64,000 nt of DNA from Escherichia coli (GTDB taxonomy: Bacteria; Pseudomonadota; Gammaproteobacteria; Enterobacterales; Enterobacteriaceae): assembly GCF_001677475.2 (NCBI RefSeq), contig NZ_CP015229.1. One strand, given 5' to 3'. Under the pieces are notes generated by a model that saw only the letters and a program-made list of their open reading frames with translations, was not told the DNA's origin and searched no databases. Below, piece by piece: positions 9,748 through 21,140 of the stretch (position 1 is the first letter of the stretch; every line of letters starts with the position of its first letter). Made by a program: the position numbers and the translations under genes.

Positions 9748-10137
9748 ACCTCCTCCCCGGCGACCTGCCCGCGGAGTTCCACCCCGGGGCTACCGCTCCC
9801 GATACGCTGCCAATCAGTTAACACCAGGTCCTGGAGAAACCGCTTTTGTGGTGACCAACATCCGAGCGGCTCTATAGATAGTGTAGGAGATCAGGTTGTT
9901 TTTTTTCCAGAAGGTTAACCACTATCAATATATTCATGTCGAAAATTTGTTTATCTAACGAGTAAGCAAGGCGGATTGACGGATCATCCGGGTCGCTATA
10001 AGGTAAGGATGGTCTTAACACTGAATCTTTACGGCTGGGTTAGCCCCGCGCACGTAGTTCGCAGGACGCGGGTGACGTAACGGCACAAGAAACGCTAGCT
10101 GGCCAGTCATCGACAACTTTATGGAAGGAGTAACACT

Positions 10138-10572
10138 ATGGCTTATAAACACATTCTCATCGCGGTCGACCTCTCCCCGGAAAGCAAAGTTCTGGTAGAG
10201 AAAGCAGTCTCTATGGCTCGCCCCTACAATGCGAAAGTTTCTCTGATCCACGTAGATGTAAACTACTCTGACCTATACACCGGGCTTATTGATGTGAATC
10301 TGGGTGATATGCAGAAACGCATCTCTGAAGAGACACATCATGCGCTGACCGAGCTTTCCACTAATGCAGGCTACCCAATCACTGAAACCCTGAGCGGCAG
10401 CGGCGACCTGGGCCAGGTTCTGGTCGATGCAATCAAGAAATACGATATGGATTTGGTGGTTTGTGGTCACCACCAGGACTTCTGGAGCAAACTGATGTCT
10501 TCCGCACGTCAGCTGATCAACACCGTTCACGTTGATATGCTGATTGTTCCGCTGCGCGACGAAGAAGAATAA
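10138..10572 (+). CDS. uspA: Universal stress protein A
   Basis: 144 aa, [19 protein letters not shown]...; GGAAGGAG RBS. Confidence 0.95.
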
Positions 10573-10598
10573 TCTTCCCTCTACGACGTGTTCCTGAA

Positions 10599-10627
10599 CG
10601 CCCGCATATGCGGGCGTTTTGCTTTTT
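10599..10627 (+). terminator. Rho-independent terminator after uspA
   Basis: CGCCCGCATATGCGGGCG hairpin followed by a T-rich tract. Confidence 0.55.
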
Positions 10628-10887
10628 GGCGCGCCTTGTTACCTTGCAGCGTAAACACCTTATCTGGCCTACGGTCTGCGTACGCAATCAAAATCCCCTG
10701 CCAATACAACATTTAACACCATCATATTTTCCATCATTAGTGTGATCAGCTGGTTATTTTCTGTTGTAATAGTGTATTAATCTATTCACCGCATCAATAT
10801 TAAGAATCTCTGACAGATGTAAACTTTTTCGCGCGTTATCCCTTACGCGTTCATACTTTTCAGGATGGTATTGGAAGGTTAATAAAT

Positions 10888-12357
10888 ATGAATACAACAA
10901 CACCCATGGGGATGCTGCAGCAACCTCGCCCATTTTTCATGATCTTTTTTGTCGAGTTATGGGAGCGATTCGGCTACTACGGCGTGCAGGGCGTACTGGC
11001 GGTTTTCTTCGTTAAGCAGCTTGGATTCTCGCAAGAACAGGCTTTTGTCACTTTTGGTGCTTTTGCTGCGCTGGTCTATGGCCTCATTTCCATTGGCGGC
11101 TATGTCGGCGACCACCTGCTGGGGACCAAACGCACCATTGTCCTCGGAGCACTTGTGCTGGCGATTGGCTACTTCATGACCGGTCTGTCGCTACTTAAGC
11201 CTGACCTGATTTTCATCGCCCTGGGGACTATCGCTGTCGGTAACGGCCTGTTTAAAGCTAACCCAGCCAGCTTGCTTTCGAAGTGCTATCCGCCGAAAGA
11301 TCCACGGCTTGATGGCGCATTTACCCTGTTCTATATGTCGATCAACATCGGCTCGTTGATAGCGTTATCGCTGGCCCCTGTGATCGCTGATAGATTCGGC
11401 TATTCAGTCACCTACAACCTGTGCGGTGCGGGATTAATTATCGCGCTATTGGTTTACATCGCCTGTCGCGGAATGGTGAAAGACATTGGTTCTGAACCCG
11501 ACTTCCGGCCGATGAGCTTCAGCAAACTGTTGTACGTGTTACTTGGCAGCGTGGTGATGATCTTCGTCTGTGCATGGCTGATGCACAACGTAGAAGTCGC
11601 CAATCTGGTGCTGATTGTTCTCTCCATCGTCGTCACCATCATCTTCTTTCGTCAGGCATTCAAGCTGGATAAAACCGGGCGCAATAAAATGTTTGTCGCC
11701 TTTGTCCTGATGCTCGAAGCGGTGGTGTTTTACATTCTCTACGCCCAGATGCCAACGTCGCTGAACTTCTTTGCCATCAACAACGTGCATCATGAAATTC
11801 TCGGCTTTTCCATCAACCCGGTCAGCTTCCAGGCGCTTAACCCGTTCTGGGTAGTACTCGCCAGCCCAGTACTGGCAGGCATTTACACGCATCTGGGTAA
11901 CAAAGGCAAAGACCTCTCTATGCCGATGAAATTTACTCTCGGCATGTTTATGTGCTCGCTGGGCTTTCTTACAGCCGCCGCTGCGGGAATGTGGTTTGCG
12001 GATGCCCAGGGGCTGACATCGCCGTGGTTTATTGTGCTGGTTTACTTATTCCAGAGCCTGGGTGAACTGTTTATTAGCGCCCTTGGCCTGGCGATGATTG
12101 CTGCCCTGGTGCCGCAGCATTTGATGGGCTTTATTCTCGGGATGTGGTTCCTGACGCAGGCTGCCGCGTTCTTGCTGGGCGGCTATGTGGCAACATTTAC
12201 CGCAGTACCAGACAACATTACCGATCCGCTTGAGACGTTGCCCGTCTATACCAACGTGTTTGGTAAGATTGGCCTGGTTACGCTGGGCGTTGCGGTGGTG
12301 ATGCTGCTGATGGTGCCGTGGCTGAAACGAATGATTGCGACGCCCGAAAGCCATTAA
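10888..12357 (+). CDS. dtpB: Dipeptide/tripeptide:H+ symporter DtpB (POT family)
   Basis: 489 aa; ERFGYYG POT signature near the N-terminus. Confidence 0.95.
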   Translation: MNTTTPMGMLQQPRPFFMIFFVELWERFGYYGVQGVLAVFFVKQLGFSQEQAFVTFGAFAALVYGLISIGGYVGDHLLGTKRTIVLGALVLAIGYFMTGLSLLKPDLIFIALGTIAVGNGLFKANPASLLSKCYPPKDPRLDGAFTLFYMSINIGSLIALSLAPVIADRFGYSVTYNLCGAGLIIALLVYIACRGMVKDIGSEPDFRPMSFSKLLYVLLGSVVMIFVCAWLMHNVEVANLVLIVLSIVVTIIFFRQAFKLDKTGRNKMFVAFVLMLEAVVFYILYAQMPTSLNFFAINNVHHEILGFSINPVSFQALNPFWVVLASPVLAGIYTHLGNKGKDLSMPMKFTLGMFMCSLGFLTAAAAGMWFADAQGLTSPWFIVLVYLFQSLGELFISALGLAMIAALVPQHLMGFILGMWFLTQAAAFLLGGYVATFTAVPDNITDPLETLPVYTNVFGKIGLVTLGVAVVMLLMVPWLKRMIATPESH

Positions 12358-12371
12358 TTATTCTTGCAGAA

Positions 12372-12400
12372 AGCAGGGTAGCGATAACGCTACCCTGCTT
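12372..12400. terminator. Hairpin between convergent dtpB and rsmJ (likely bidirectional terminator)
   Basis: AAGCAGGGTAGCG-ATAA-CGCTACCCTGCTT palindrome, T-rich on the + side. Confidence 0.5.
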
Positions 12401-12405
12401 TACTT

Positions 12406-13158
12406 TTACACCGGCGTTCCGGCATAAATATCAAAGCGATGCCCTTTGGTCACTACCGCGTTTGGCGTGGCGACATTCGCCAGCGGCGGCGCGTAGTCCG
12501 GGCGCTTTACCACCACGCGTTTGGTCGCCAGCAAGCGTGCAGGCTCCAGTAATCCATCGGCATCAAGATCCGGCCCCACCAGCGACTGAAAGACACGCAT
12601 CTCTTTTTTCACCAGCGCGCTTTTCTGCTTATGCGGGAACATCGGATCGAGATAGACCACCTGCGGGCGCGGAGTAATATCGGTTAGCGCCGTCAGGCTG
12701 GAAGCGTGAATTAACTGCAACCGCTCCTGCAACCAGCCGCCGATTTCCGCATCCGCATAACCACGCGCCAGGCCGTCGTCGAGCAATGCAGCAACCACCG
12801 GATTACGCTCCAGCATCCGCACGCGGCAGCCGACCGAAGCCAGCACAAAGGCATCGCGCCCCAGCCCTGCGGTGGCATCGACGACATCCGGCAAATAATC
12901 GCCTTTAATGCCCACCGCTTTTGCCACCGCCTCACCGCGACCACCGCCGAATTTGCGTCGGTGCGCCATCGCTCCGCCAACAAAATCAACAAAGATGCCA
13001 CCAAGTTTTGGCTCATCACGCTTGCGCAGTTCCAGATGCTCCGGTGTTAACACCAGCGCCATCAGGTTGTCTTCATCATGTTCCAGCCCCCAGCGAGCCG
13101 CCAGAACAGATAAGGCACCGTCTCCGGTGCCTGTTTCATCAATTAAGCAGATTTTCAC
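12406..13158 (-). CDS. rsmJ: 16S rRNA m2G1516 methyltransferase RsmJ
   Basis: 250 aa from GTG ([14 protein letters not shown]...); starts 8 nt after the prlC stop. Confidence 0.9.
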   Translation of the reverse strand: MKICLIDETGTGDGALSVLAARWGLEHDEDNLMALVLTPEHLELRKRDEPKLGGIFVDFVGGAMAHRRKFGGGRGEAVAKAVGIKGDYLPDVVDATAGLGRDAFVLASVGCRVRMLERNPVVAALLDDGLARGYADAEIGGWLQERLQLIHASSLTALTDITPRPQVVYLDPMFPHKQKSALVKKEMRVFQSLVGPDLDADGLLEPARLLATKRVVVKRPDYAPPLANVATPNAVVTKGHRFDIYAGTPV

Positions 13159-13165
13159 TGAATGA

Positions 13166-15208
13166 TCAGCCCTTAATGCCGTAATGCTCCAGCATCGCAT
13201 CCAGTTGCGGTTCACGACCACGGAAGCGTTTGAACAGATCCATCGGCTCTTCTGAACCACCACGGCTCAGAATGTTGTCGAGGAACGACTGTCCAGTATC
13301 ACGGTTGAAAATGCCCTCTTCCTCAAAGCGCGAGAAGGCATCTGCCGCCAGCACGTCGGCCCACAGGTAGCTGTAGTAACCTGCGGCATAACCACCGGCG
13401 AAAATATGGCTGAAAGCGTGCGGGAAGCGGCCCCAGGATGGAGACGGTACTACGGCAACCAGTTTCTTGATTTCTGCCAGGGTTTCGAGGATTTTCGCCC
13501 CCTGATCCGGGCGGAACTCGGCATGGAGGCGGAAATCGAACAGGCCGAACTCCAGCTGGCGCAGAATAAACAGCGCCGCCTGGTAGTTCTTCGCTGCCAG
13601 CATTTTATCCAGCAGCTCTTTCGGCAGCGGTTCGCCGGTTTCATAGTGACCGGAGATAAACGCCAGCGCCTCCGGCTCCCAGCACCAGTTTTCCATAAAC
13701 TGACTCGGCAGTTCGACCGCATCCCACGGCACCCCGCTGATACCAGACACACCAGCGGTTTCAATGCGGGTCAGCATATGATGCAGGCCGTGACCGAACT
13801 CATGGAACAGAGTGATCACCTCGTCGTGAGTGAACAGCGCCGGTTTACCATTCACCGGGCGGTTGAAGTTACAGGTCAGATACGCGACCGGTTTTTGCAG
13901 CGAACCGTCGGCTTTACGCATCTGGCCTACGCAGTCATCCATCCACGCCCCGCCGCGCTTGTTTTCACGGGCATACAGGTCGAGGTAGAAGCTGCCGCGC
14001 AGTTCGTTGTTCTCGTCATACAGTTCGAAGAAACGTACATCCGGATGCCAGACATCAACATCTTTACGCTCTTTAGCGGTGATGCCGTAAATACGTTTCA
14101 CCACTTCAAACAAGCCGTTAACCGCTTTGTTTTCCGGGAAGTACGGACGCAGTTGTTCGTCACTGATGCTGTAGAGGTGCTGTTTTTGTTTTTCGCTGTA
14201 GTACGCGATATCCCACGGCTGCAACTCATCCACGCCAAATTCGGCTTTAGCGAAGGCACGCAGTTGCGCCAGCTCTTTTTCACCTTGCGGACGCGCGCGT
14301 TTTGCCAGATCGGTTAAGAAATCCAGCACCTGCTGCGGATTTTCTGCCATTTTAGTGGCAAGGGATTTAAAGGCGTAGTTTTCAAAGCCCAGCAGTTGCG
14401 CCAGTTCGTGACGCAGCGCGAGGATCTCTTCCATCACCTTGCTGTTGTCCCACTTACCGGCGTTCGGACCTTGATCGGAGGCGCGGGTGCTGTAAGCGCG
14501 ATACATCTCTTCGCGCAGAGCCTGGTTGTCGCAGTAGGTCATTACCGGCAGGTAGCTTGGGATATCCAGCGTCAGCAGGTAGCCTTCAAGTTCTTTCGCT
14601 TCAGCCTGGGCTTTTGCCGCAGCCAGCGCGCTTTCTGGCATCCCCGCCAGTTCCGCTTCGTCGGTAACGAGTTTGGTCCAGCCCATTGTCGCATCGAGGA
14701 CGTTGTTGCTGTACTGGTTGCCCAGCTCGGAAAGACGAGTGGCAATCTCACCGTAACGCTGCTGTTTCTCTTTCGGCAGACCGATGCCAGAGAGTTCAAA
14801 GTCGCGCAGTGCGTTATCAACCGCTTTCTTCTGCGCCGTGTTCAGCGTGGCGTAATGATCGCCATCGCGCAGGTCGCGATACGCTTTATACAGCCCTTCA
14901 TGTTGCCCTACCCAGGTGCTGTATTCCGACAGCAGCGGCAGGGTTTGTTCGTAGGCTTCACGCAGTTCCGGGCTATTTTTCACCGAGTTCAGGTGGCTGA
15001 CCGGGGAGAAGATACGCCCCAGCACATCGTCCACTTCCGCCAGCGGCTGGCAGAGATTTTCCCAGGTGTACGGTGCTCCTTGCGCTACTACGCGCTCCAC
15101 ATTTTCGCGGCAGTCGTTCAGCGCCTTAGTCACGGCTGGAACGACATGTTCCGGGAGAATTTTAGAAAACGGAGGCAATTCAAAGGGAGTCAGTAACGGA
15201 TTCGTCAT
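13166..15208 (-). CDS. prlC: Oligopeptidase A (M3 family Zn metallopeptidase)
   Basis: 680 aa from [17 protein letters not shown]; HEFGH zinc motif present. Confidence 0.95.
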   Translation of the reverse strand: MTNPLLTPFELPPFSKILPEHVVPAVTKALNDCRENVERVVAQGAPYTWENLCQPLAEVDDVLGRIFSPVSHLNSVKNSPELREAYEQTLPLLSEYSTWVGQHEGLYKAYRDLRDGDHYATLNTAQKKAVDNALRDFELSGIGLPKEKQQRYGEIATRLSELGNQYSNNVLDATMGWTKLVTDEAELAGMPESALAAAKAQAEAKELEGYLLTLDIPSYLPVMTYCDNQALREEMYRAYSTRASDQGPNAGKWDNSKVMEEILALRHELAQLLGFENYAFKSLATKMAENPQQVLDFLTDLAKRARPQGEKELAQLRAFAKAEFGVDELQPWDIAYYSEKQKQHLYSISDEQLRPYFPENKAVNGLFEVVKRIYGITAKERKDVDVWHPDVRFFELYDENNELRGSFYLDLYARENKRGGAWMDDCVGQMRKADGSLQKPVAYLTCNFNRPVNGKPALFTHDEVITLFHEFGHGLHHMLTRIETAGVSGISGVPWDAVELPSQFMENWCWEPEALAFISGHYETGEPLPKELLDKMLAAKNYQAALFILRQLEFGLFDFRLHAEFRPDQGAKILETLAEIKKLVAVVPSPSWGRFPHAFSHIFAGGYAAGYYSYLWADVLAADAFSRFEEEGIFNRDTGQSFLDNILSRGGSEEPMDLFKRFRGREPQLDAMLEHYGIKG

Positions 15209-15410
15209 TAGCGCAGTCCTGGTTAAAGAGGTTAAGGAAGCGCTCAACAGGCGCTTTACATAATGTGTGTAGCATGGGGTTAAGTGTAGTGAATTTCAAT
15301 GAGAAACGTTACGCTTTCGCGGCGGCGGCCTCTTTTCGGTATACTGTCCTGATAGGCTTTTGTGCGCCCCGAATACGGGCCGATTTTTACTTACCGGAAC
15401 ACCTTTACCC

Positions 15411-16253
15411 ATGCTCAGTTATCGCCACAGCTTTCACGCTGGCAACCACGCCGACGTCCTTAAACATACCGTTCAGAGCCTGATCATCGAGTCGCTGAAA
15501 GAGAAAGATAAACCGTTTCTCTATCTCGATACCCACGCAGGGGCCGGGCGTTATCAGTTAGGCAGCGAACATGCCGAGCGTACCGGCGAATATCTCGAAG
15601 GTATCGCCCGTATCTGGCAGCAGGACGATTTGCCTGCGGAGCTGGAGGCGTACATCAATGTGGTAAAACACTTCAACCGTAGCGGTCAGTTGCGTTACTA
15701 CCCCGGTTCACCGTTGATTGCCCGTCAGTTACTGCGTGAACAGGACAGCCTGCAACTGACCGAACTGCACCCGAGCGATTACCCGTTGCTACGTTCTGAA
15801 TTTCAGAAAGACAGCCGTGCGCGCGTCGAAAAATCCGACGGTTTCCAGCAGCTTAAGGCCAAACTGCCGCCGGTTTCCCGCCGTGGTTTAATACTTATCG
15901 ACCCGCCGTATGAAATGAAAACCGACTATCAGGCGGTGGTCAGCGGGATAGCAGAAGGCTATAAACGTTTCGCCACTGGCACTTACGCACTGTGGTATCC
16001 GGTGGTTCTGCGCCAGCAAATTAAGCGCATGATCCACGACCTGGAAGCGACCGGCATTCGCAAAATTCTGCAAATTGAACTGGCGGTACTGCCAGACAGC
16101 GATCGCCGTGGCATGACCGCTTCCGGCATGATTGTGATTAATCCGCCGTGGAAGCTGGAACAGCAGATGAATAACGTGCTGCCGTGGCTGCACAGCAAAC
16201 TGGTTCCGGCTGGTACCGGGCACGCCACCGTAAGCTGGATCGTGCCGGAGTAA
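15411..16253 (+). CDS. rlmJ: 23S rRNA m6A2030 methyltransferase RlmJ
   Basis: 280 aa from MLSYRHSFHAGNHADVLKH. Confidence 0.9.
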   Translation: MLSYRHSFHAGNHADVLKHTVQSLIIESLKEKDKPFLYLDTHAGAGRYQLGSEHAERTGEYLEGIARIWQQDDLPAELEAYINVVKHFNRSGQLRYYPGSPLIARQLLREQDSLQLTELHPSDYPLLRSEFQKDSRARVEKSDGFQQLKAKLPPVSRRGLILIDPPYEMKTDYQAVVSGIAEGYKRFATGTYALWYPVVLRQQIKRMIHDLEATGIRKILQIELAVLPDSDRRGMTASGMIVINPPWKLEQQMNNVLPWLHSKLVPAGTGHATVSWIVPE

Positions 16254-16324
16254 TTGCAGCCATTGCTGGCACCTATTACGTCTCGCGCTACAATCGCGGT
16301 AATCAACGATAAGGACACTCTGTC

Positions 16325-17677
16325 ATGACTAAACACTATGATTACATCGCCATCGGCGGCGGCAGCGGCGGTATCGCCTCCATCAACCGCGCGGCTATGT
16401 ACGGCCAGAAATGTGCGCTGATTGAAGCCAAAGAACTGGGCGGCACCTGCGTGAACGTCGGCTGCGTACCGAAGAAAGTGATGTGGCACGCGGCGCAAAT
16501 CCGTGAAGCGATCCACATGTACGGTCCGGATTATGGTTTCGATACCACTATCAATAAATTCAACTGGGAAACGTTGATCGCCAGCCGTACCGCCTATATC
16601 GACCGTATTCATACTTCCTATGAAAACGTGCTCGGTAAAAATAACGTTGATGTAATCAAAGGCTTTGCCCGCTTCGTTGATGCCAAAACGCTGGAAGTTA
16701 ACGGTGAAACCATCACGGCCGATCATATTCTGATCGCCACCGGCGGTCGTCCGAGCCACCCGGATATTCCAGGCGTGGAATACGGTATTGATTCTGATGG
16801 CTTCTTCGCCCTTCCTGCTTTGCCAGAGCGCGTAGCAGTTGTTGGCGCGGGTTACATCGCCGTTGAACTGGCGGGCGTGATTAACGGCCTCGGCGCGAAA
16901 ACGCATCTGTTTGTGCGTAAACATGCGCCGCTGCGCAGCTTCGACCCGATGATCTCTGAAACGCTGGTCGAAGTGATGAACGCCGAAGGCCCACAGTTAC
17001 ATACCAACGCCATCCCGAAAGCGGTAGTGAAAAATGCCGATGGCAGCCTGACGCTGGAGCTGGAAGATGGTCGCAGTGAAACGGTGGATTGCCTGATTTG
17101 GGCGATTGGTCGCGAGCCTGCCAATGACAACATCAACCTGGAAGCCGCTGGCGTTAAAACTAACGAAAAAGGCTATATCGTCGTCGATAAATATCAAAAT
17201 ACCAACGTTGAAGGTATCTACGCGGTGGGCGATAACACGGGGGCAGTGGAACTGACACCGGTAGCAGTTGCAGCGGGTCGCCGTCTCTCTGAACGCCTGT
17301 TTAATAACAAGCCGGATGAGCATCTGGATTACAGCAACATTCCGACCGTGGTCTTCAGCCATCCGCCGATTGGGACTGTTGGTTTAACGGAACCGCAGGC
17401 GCGCGAGCAGTACGGCGACGATCAGGTGAAAGTGTATAAATCCTCTTTCACCGCGATGTATACCGCAGTCACCACTCACCGCCAGCCGTGCCGCATGAAA
17501 CTGGTATGCGTTGGACCGGAAGAGAAGATTGTCGGAATTCACGGCATTGGTTTTGGTATGGATGAAATGTTGCAGGGCTTCGCGGTGGCGCTGAAGATGG
17601 GGGCGACCAAAAAAGACTTCGACAATACCGTCGCCATTCACCCGACGGCGGCAGAAGAGTTCGTGACCATGCGTTAA
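16325..17677 (+). CDS. gor: Glutathione reductase
   Basis: 450 aa; GGGSGG FAD motif; redox-active [13 protein letters not shown]. Confidence 0.95.
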   Translation: MTKHYDYIAIGGGSGGIASINRAAMYGQKCALIEAKELGGTCVNVGCVPKKVMWHAAQIREAIHMYGPDYGFDTTINKFNWETLIASRTAYIDRIHTSYENVLGKNNVDVIKGFARFVDAKTLEVNGETITADHILIATGGRPSHPDIPGVEYGIDSDGFFALPALPERVAVVGAGYIAVELAGVINGLGAKTHLFVRKHAPLRSFDPMISETLVEVMNAEGPQLHTNAIPKAVVKNADGSLTLELEDGRSETVDCLIWAIGREPANDNINLEAAGVKTNEKGYIVVDKYQNTNVEGIYAVGDNTGAVELTPVAVAAGRRLSERLFNNKPDEHLDYSNIPTVVFSHPPIGTVGLTEPQAREQYGDDQVKVYKSSFTAMYTAVTTHRQPCRMKLVCVGPEEKIVGIHGIGFGMDEMLQGFAVALKMGATKKDFDNTVAIHPTAAEEFVTMR

Positions 17678-17683
17678 ATGTTA

Positions 17684-17714
17684 AAGGGCTAAGAGTAGTG
17701 TGCTCTTAGCCCTT
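17684..17714. terminator. Hairpin after gor (shared terminator with the convergent dinQ transcript)
   Basis: AAGGGCTAAGAG...CTCTTAGCCCTT inverted repeat. Confidence 0.4.
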
Positions 17715-17730
17715 AATTACGTTTCCGCTA

Positions 17731-17814
17731 TCAGTTCAGAAGCTGAAGCAGAAAGCGGATCAGTTCCAGCAGCGCAATTAACGCCCCAAGAACGATGATT
17801 GCTTTATCAATCAC
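17731..17814 (-). CDS. dinQ: DinQ, 27-aa membrane toxin peptide (type I toxin-antitoxin)
   Basis: Minus-strand ORF GTG-IDKAIIVLGALIALLELIRFLLQLLN-TGA matches the recalled DinQ peptide; below the ORF-track size cutoff. Confidence 0.75.
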   Translation of the reverse strand: MIDKAIIVLGALIALLELIRFLLQLLN

Positions 17815-18005
17815 CCGTTTTCTCCATGCGATGGAGTGAGAATGCATCCGCTTACTCATCCACTGCCTGTCACGGCGCATGTCTCATTGTTAGATAAGAA
17901 CTCTCTCACTCCGGCCAGAGCATCAGTTAACGGCACCACCCGTACTTCTGACCAGGACTTTGAAAGCGTTTATGCGCATTACCAGAGTGAAAATGCCTCA
18001 GAGCT

Positions 18006-18025
18006 AACTGGATAATCATACAGTA
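18006..18025. promoter_or_regulatory. LexA (SOS) box upstream of dinQ
   Basis: aaCTGgataatcataCAGta fits CTG-N10-CAG, about 190 nt upstream of the dinQ ORF on its coding strand. Confidence 0.5.
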
Positions 18026-18088
18026 CATGCAGGTTATAAAACCAGCACGTCCTTGCAATAGTTTCAGTATGGTATTAGCATTGATGCG

Positions 18089-18171
18089 TTAGATGATGGC
18101 TATCTCACTCCAGCCAGAGCCACCAACTCTGGGCTGAAGAGTAAAAAAACCGACGCAAAGTCGGTTTTTTT
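18089..18171 (+). ncRNA. agrA: agrA-like antisense sRNA (repeat unit 2 of the gor-arsR region)
   Basis: ~80-nt unit ending in a CCGACGCAAAGTCGG hairpin plus T7 on the + strand; shares the TCTCACTCCAGCCAGAGCC motif with the dinQ leader. 5' end not determined. Confidence 0.4.
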
Positions 18172-18323
18172 ACGTCCGGATTCGGACAAAGCTTGGTACG
18201 GCAGCGACCCGATGAAAGTATATAAATCCTCTTTCACCAACATGTATAGCAAACTGTCCCTTCTCCAGCTGAAGAAATCGCTAATTCTTGCAATGTTAGC
18301 CACTGGCTAATAGTATTGAACTG

Positions 18324-18405
18324 TTAGATAAGAGCTCTCTCACTCCAGCCAGAGCCACCAACTCTGGGCTGGAAAGTAAAAAACCGACGCAAAGTCGGTT
18401 TTTTT
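18324..18405 (+). ncRNA. agrB: agrB-like antisense sRNA (repeat unit 3)
   Basis: Near-identical copy of the unit at 18089..18171 with the same intrinsic terminator. 5' end not determined. Confidence 0.4.
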
Positions 18406-18557
18406 ACGTCCTGATTCAGACCTCCTTTCAAATGAATAGCCAACTCAAAATTCACACCTATTACCTTCCTCTGCACATACACATTCGTTAAGTCATATAT
18501 GTTTTTGACTTATCCGCTTCGCAGAGAGACACTACCTGCAGCAATCAGGAGCGCAAT

Positions 18558-18911
18558 ATGTCATTTCTGTTACCCATCCAACTGTTCAAAATTCTTGCCG
18601 ATGAAACCCGTCTGGGCATCGTTTTACTGCTCAGCGAGCTGGGTGAGTTATGCGTCTGCGATCTCTGTACCGCCCTCGACCAGTCGCAGCCCAAGATATC
18701 CCGCCATCTGGCATTGCTGCGTGAAAGCGGGCTATTGCTGGACCGCAAGCAAGGTAAGTGGGTTCATTACCGCCTATCGCCGCATATTCCAGCATGGGCG
18801 GCGAAAATTATTGAGCAGGCCTGGCGATGTGAACAGGAAAAGGTTCAGGCGATTGTCCGCAACCTGGCCCGACAAAACTGTTCCGTAGACAGTAAGAACA
18901 TTTGCAGTTAA
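18558..18911 (+). CDS. arsR: Arsenical resistance operon repressor ArsR
   Basis: 117 aa; ELCVCDLC As(III)-binding motif in the HTH region. Confidence 0.95.
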   Translation: MSFLLPIQLFKILADETRLGIVLLLSELGELCVCDLCTALDQSQPKISRHLALLRESGLLLDRKQGKWVHYRLSPHIPAWAAKIIEQAWRCEQEKVQAIVRNLARQNCSVDSKNICS

Positions 18912-18964
18912 AAAATTAGCTAAACACATATGGATTTTCGCATGTGTTTTATCCGGGAGGCATT

Positions 18965-20254
18965 ATGTTACTGGCAGGCGCTATCTTTGTCCTGACCATT
19001 GTATTGGTTATCTGGCAGCCGAAAGGTTTAGGCATCGGCTGGAGTGCAACGCTCGGCGCAGTACTGGCGTTAGTTACGGGCGTGGTACATCCGGGTGATA
19101 TTCCGGTGGTGTGGAATATCGTCTGGAACGCGACGGCGGCGTTTATTGCCGTTATTATCATCAGCCTGCTGCTGGATGAGTCCGGCTTTTTTGAATGGGC
19201 AGCGCTGCACGTCTCACGCTGGGGCAATGGACGCGGTCGCTTGCTGTTCACCTGGATTGTCCTGCTCGGTGCTGCCGTTGCAGCTCTGTTTGCCAATGAT
19301 GGTGCGGCGCTGATTTTAACGCCAATTGTCATCGCCATGCTGCTGGCTTTAGGGTTCAGTAAAGGCACGACGCTGGCGTTCGTGATGGCGGCCGGATTCA
19401 TTGCCGATACCGCCAGCCTGCCGCTTATTGTCTCCAACCTGGTGAATATCGTTTCCGCAGATTTCTTTGGCCTCGGCTTTCGCGAATACGCATCGGTGAT
19501 GGTGCCGGTGGATATCGCCGCGATTGTTGCCACGCTGGTGATGTTGCATCTCTATTTCCGCAAAGATATTCCGCAGAACTACGACATGGCGCTGCTGAAA
19601 TCTCCCGCAGAAGCGATTAAAGATCCTGCTACGTTCAAAACTGGCTGGGTTGTTTTACTGCTTCTGCTGGTGGGATTTTTCGTCCTGGAACCGCTCGGCA
19701 TTCCGGTCAGCGCCATTGCGGCAGTGGGCGCGTTGATATTATTTGTCGTCGCTAAACGCGGTCATGCGATTAATACGGGTAAGGTGCTACGCGGTGCACC
19801 CTGGCAGATTGTCATCTTCTCGCTCGGCATGTATCTGGTGGTTTATGGCCTGCGCAATGCCGGGTTAACGGAATATCTTTCTGGCGTACTCAACGTGCTG
19901 GCGGATAACGGCCTGTGGGCCGCGACGCTCGGCACCGGATTCCTCACCGCCTTCCTCTCTTCTATTATGAACAATATGCCGACGGTACTGGTTGGCGCGT
20001 TGTCCATTGATGGCAGCACGGCATCTGGCGTTATCAAAGAAGCGATGGTTTATGCCAACGTGATTGGCTGCGATTTGGGGCCGAAAATCACCCCAATTGG
20101 TAGCCTGGCTACGCTACTCTGGCTGCACGTTCTTTCGCAGAAGAATATGACTATCAGCTGGGGATATTACTTCCGTACAGGGATTATCATGACCCTGCCT
20201 GTGCTGTTTGTGACGCTGACTGCGCTGGCGCTACGTCTCTCTTTCACTTTGTAA
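18965..20254 (+). CDS. arsB: Arsenite efflux pump ArsB
   Basis: 429 aa from ATG ([11 protein letters not shown]...) with GGGAGG RBS; the ORF-track start at 18944 is a GTG. Confidence 0.95.
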   Translation: MLLAGAIFVLTIVLVIWQPKGLGIGWSATLGAVLALVTGVVHPGDIPVVWNIVWNATAAFIAVIIISLLLDESGFFEWAALHVSRWGNGRGRLLFTWIVLLGAAVAALFANDGAALILTPIVIAMLLALGFSKGTTLAFVMAAGFIADTASLPLIVSNLVNIVSADFFGLGFREYASVMVPVDIAAIVATLVMLHLYFRKDIPQNYDMALLKSPAEAIKDPATFKTGWVVLLLLLVGFFVLEPLGIPVSAIAAVGALILFVVAKRGHAINTGKVLRGAPWQIVIFSLGMYLVVYGLRNAGLTEYLSGVLNVLADNGLWAATLGTGFLTAFLSSIMNNMPTVLVGALSIDGSTASGVIKEAMVYANVIGCDLGPKITPIGSLATLLWLHVLSQKNMTISWGYYFRTGIIMTLPVLFVTLTALALRLSFTL

Positions 20255-20266
20255 TGAGATATTGAT

Positions 20267-20692
20267 ATGAGCAACATTACCATTTATCACAACCCGGCCT
20301 GCGGCACGTCGCGTAACACGCTGGAGATGATCCGCAACAGCGGCACAGAACCGACCATTGTCTATTATCTGGAAACCCCACCGACGCGTGATGAACTGGT
20401 CAAACTTATTGCCGATATGGGGATTTCCGTACGCGCGCTGCTGCGTAAAAACGTCGAGCCGTATGAGGAACTGGGCCTTGCAGAAGATAAATTTACTGAC
20501 GATCGGTTAATCGACTTTATGCTGCAACATCCTATCCTGATTAACCGTCCGATTGTGGTGACGCCGCTGGGAACTCGCCTGTGCCGCCCCTCGGAAGTGG
20601 TGCTGGAAATTCTGCCAGATGCGCAAAAAGGCGCGTTCACCAAGGAAGATGGCGAGAAAGTGGTTGATGAGGCGGGTAATCGCCTGAAATAG
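20267..20692 (+). CDS. arsC: Arsenate reductase ArsC (glutaredoxin-coupled)
   Basis: 141 aa; MSNITIYHNPACGTSRN with catalytic Cys. Confidence 0.95.
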   Translation: MSNITIYHNPACGTSRNTLEMIRNSGTEPTIVYYLETPPTRDELVKLIADMGISVRALLRKNVEPYEELGLAEDKFTDDRLIDFMLQHPILINRPIVVTPLGTRLCRPSEVVLEILPDAQKGAFTKEDGEKVVDEAGNRLK

Positions 20693-20712
20693 CTAAAGGG
20701 GGATATGCCCCC

Positions 20713-21033
20713 TTATTTGTTCTCCGCGGCTCCTTCGCCATTTGTTTTGCTATTTACGCAGCACTCCTCGCGTAAGAATTCAATTATCGCTTCCAGCATT
20801 GCGTATTGCGAAACACACATCAGCGTCCGACTCTCACGGTTTTGTTTGACCAGTCCTACCGATACCAGTGCTGATATATGGTGGCTGAGTGTGGAGCCAG
20901 GTATCCCAAGCTGCTTTTGCAACTCACCGACCGGCAACCCTTGTTCCCCAGCTTTGACAAGATGTTTAAATATGAACAAACGGGTCGGGTGACCTAGCTC
21001 TTTCAGCGCTTTAGCAACTTCTTCCAACTGCAT
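20713..21033 (-). CDS. ArsR/SmtB-family metalloregulator (second copy, non-K-12)
   Basis: 106 aa; winged-HTH core (LGHPTRLFIFKHL...PGSTLSHHISALVSVGLV); C-terminal vicinal Cys pair (REECCVN) rather than the ELCVC site. Confidence 0.8.
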   Translation of the reverse strand: MQLEEVAKALKELGHPTRLFIFKHLVKAGEQGLPVGELQKQLGIPGSTLSHHISALVSVGLVKQNRESRTLMCVSQYAMLEAIIEFLREECCVNSKTNGEGAAENK

Positions 21034-21140
21034 ATGACACCCCCTTTGTCTGGTTGATATTTCGATAATACCAGAAATATCTTGATCTGAATTTTATTTC
21101 GATTATTCTGGAAATATAGATTTATTCACTGAGGTTACGT

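Noticed and set aside
12358-12405. rsmJ is a known attachment site for type I-F CRISPR-associated Tn7-like transposons, so I checked its downstream flank for an insertion.
   Set aside because: Only 48 bp separate the rsmJ stop from the dtpB stop; they hold a single terminator hairpin and no transposon end or extra genes. The site is empty.
13406-15196. Long antisense ORFs inside prlC (13406..14317 and 14396..15196 on +), with similar ones inside arsB, chuA and yhjG.
   Set aside because: They lie entirely within well-supported genes on the opposite strand, lack RBSs and show no recognisable protein features; typical shadow ORFs.
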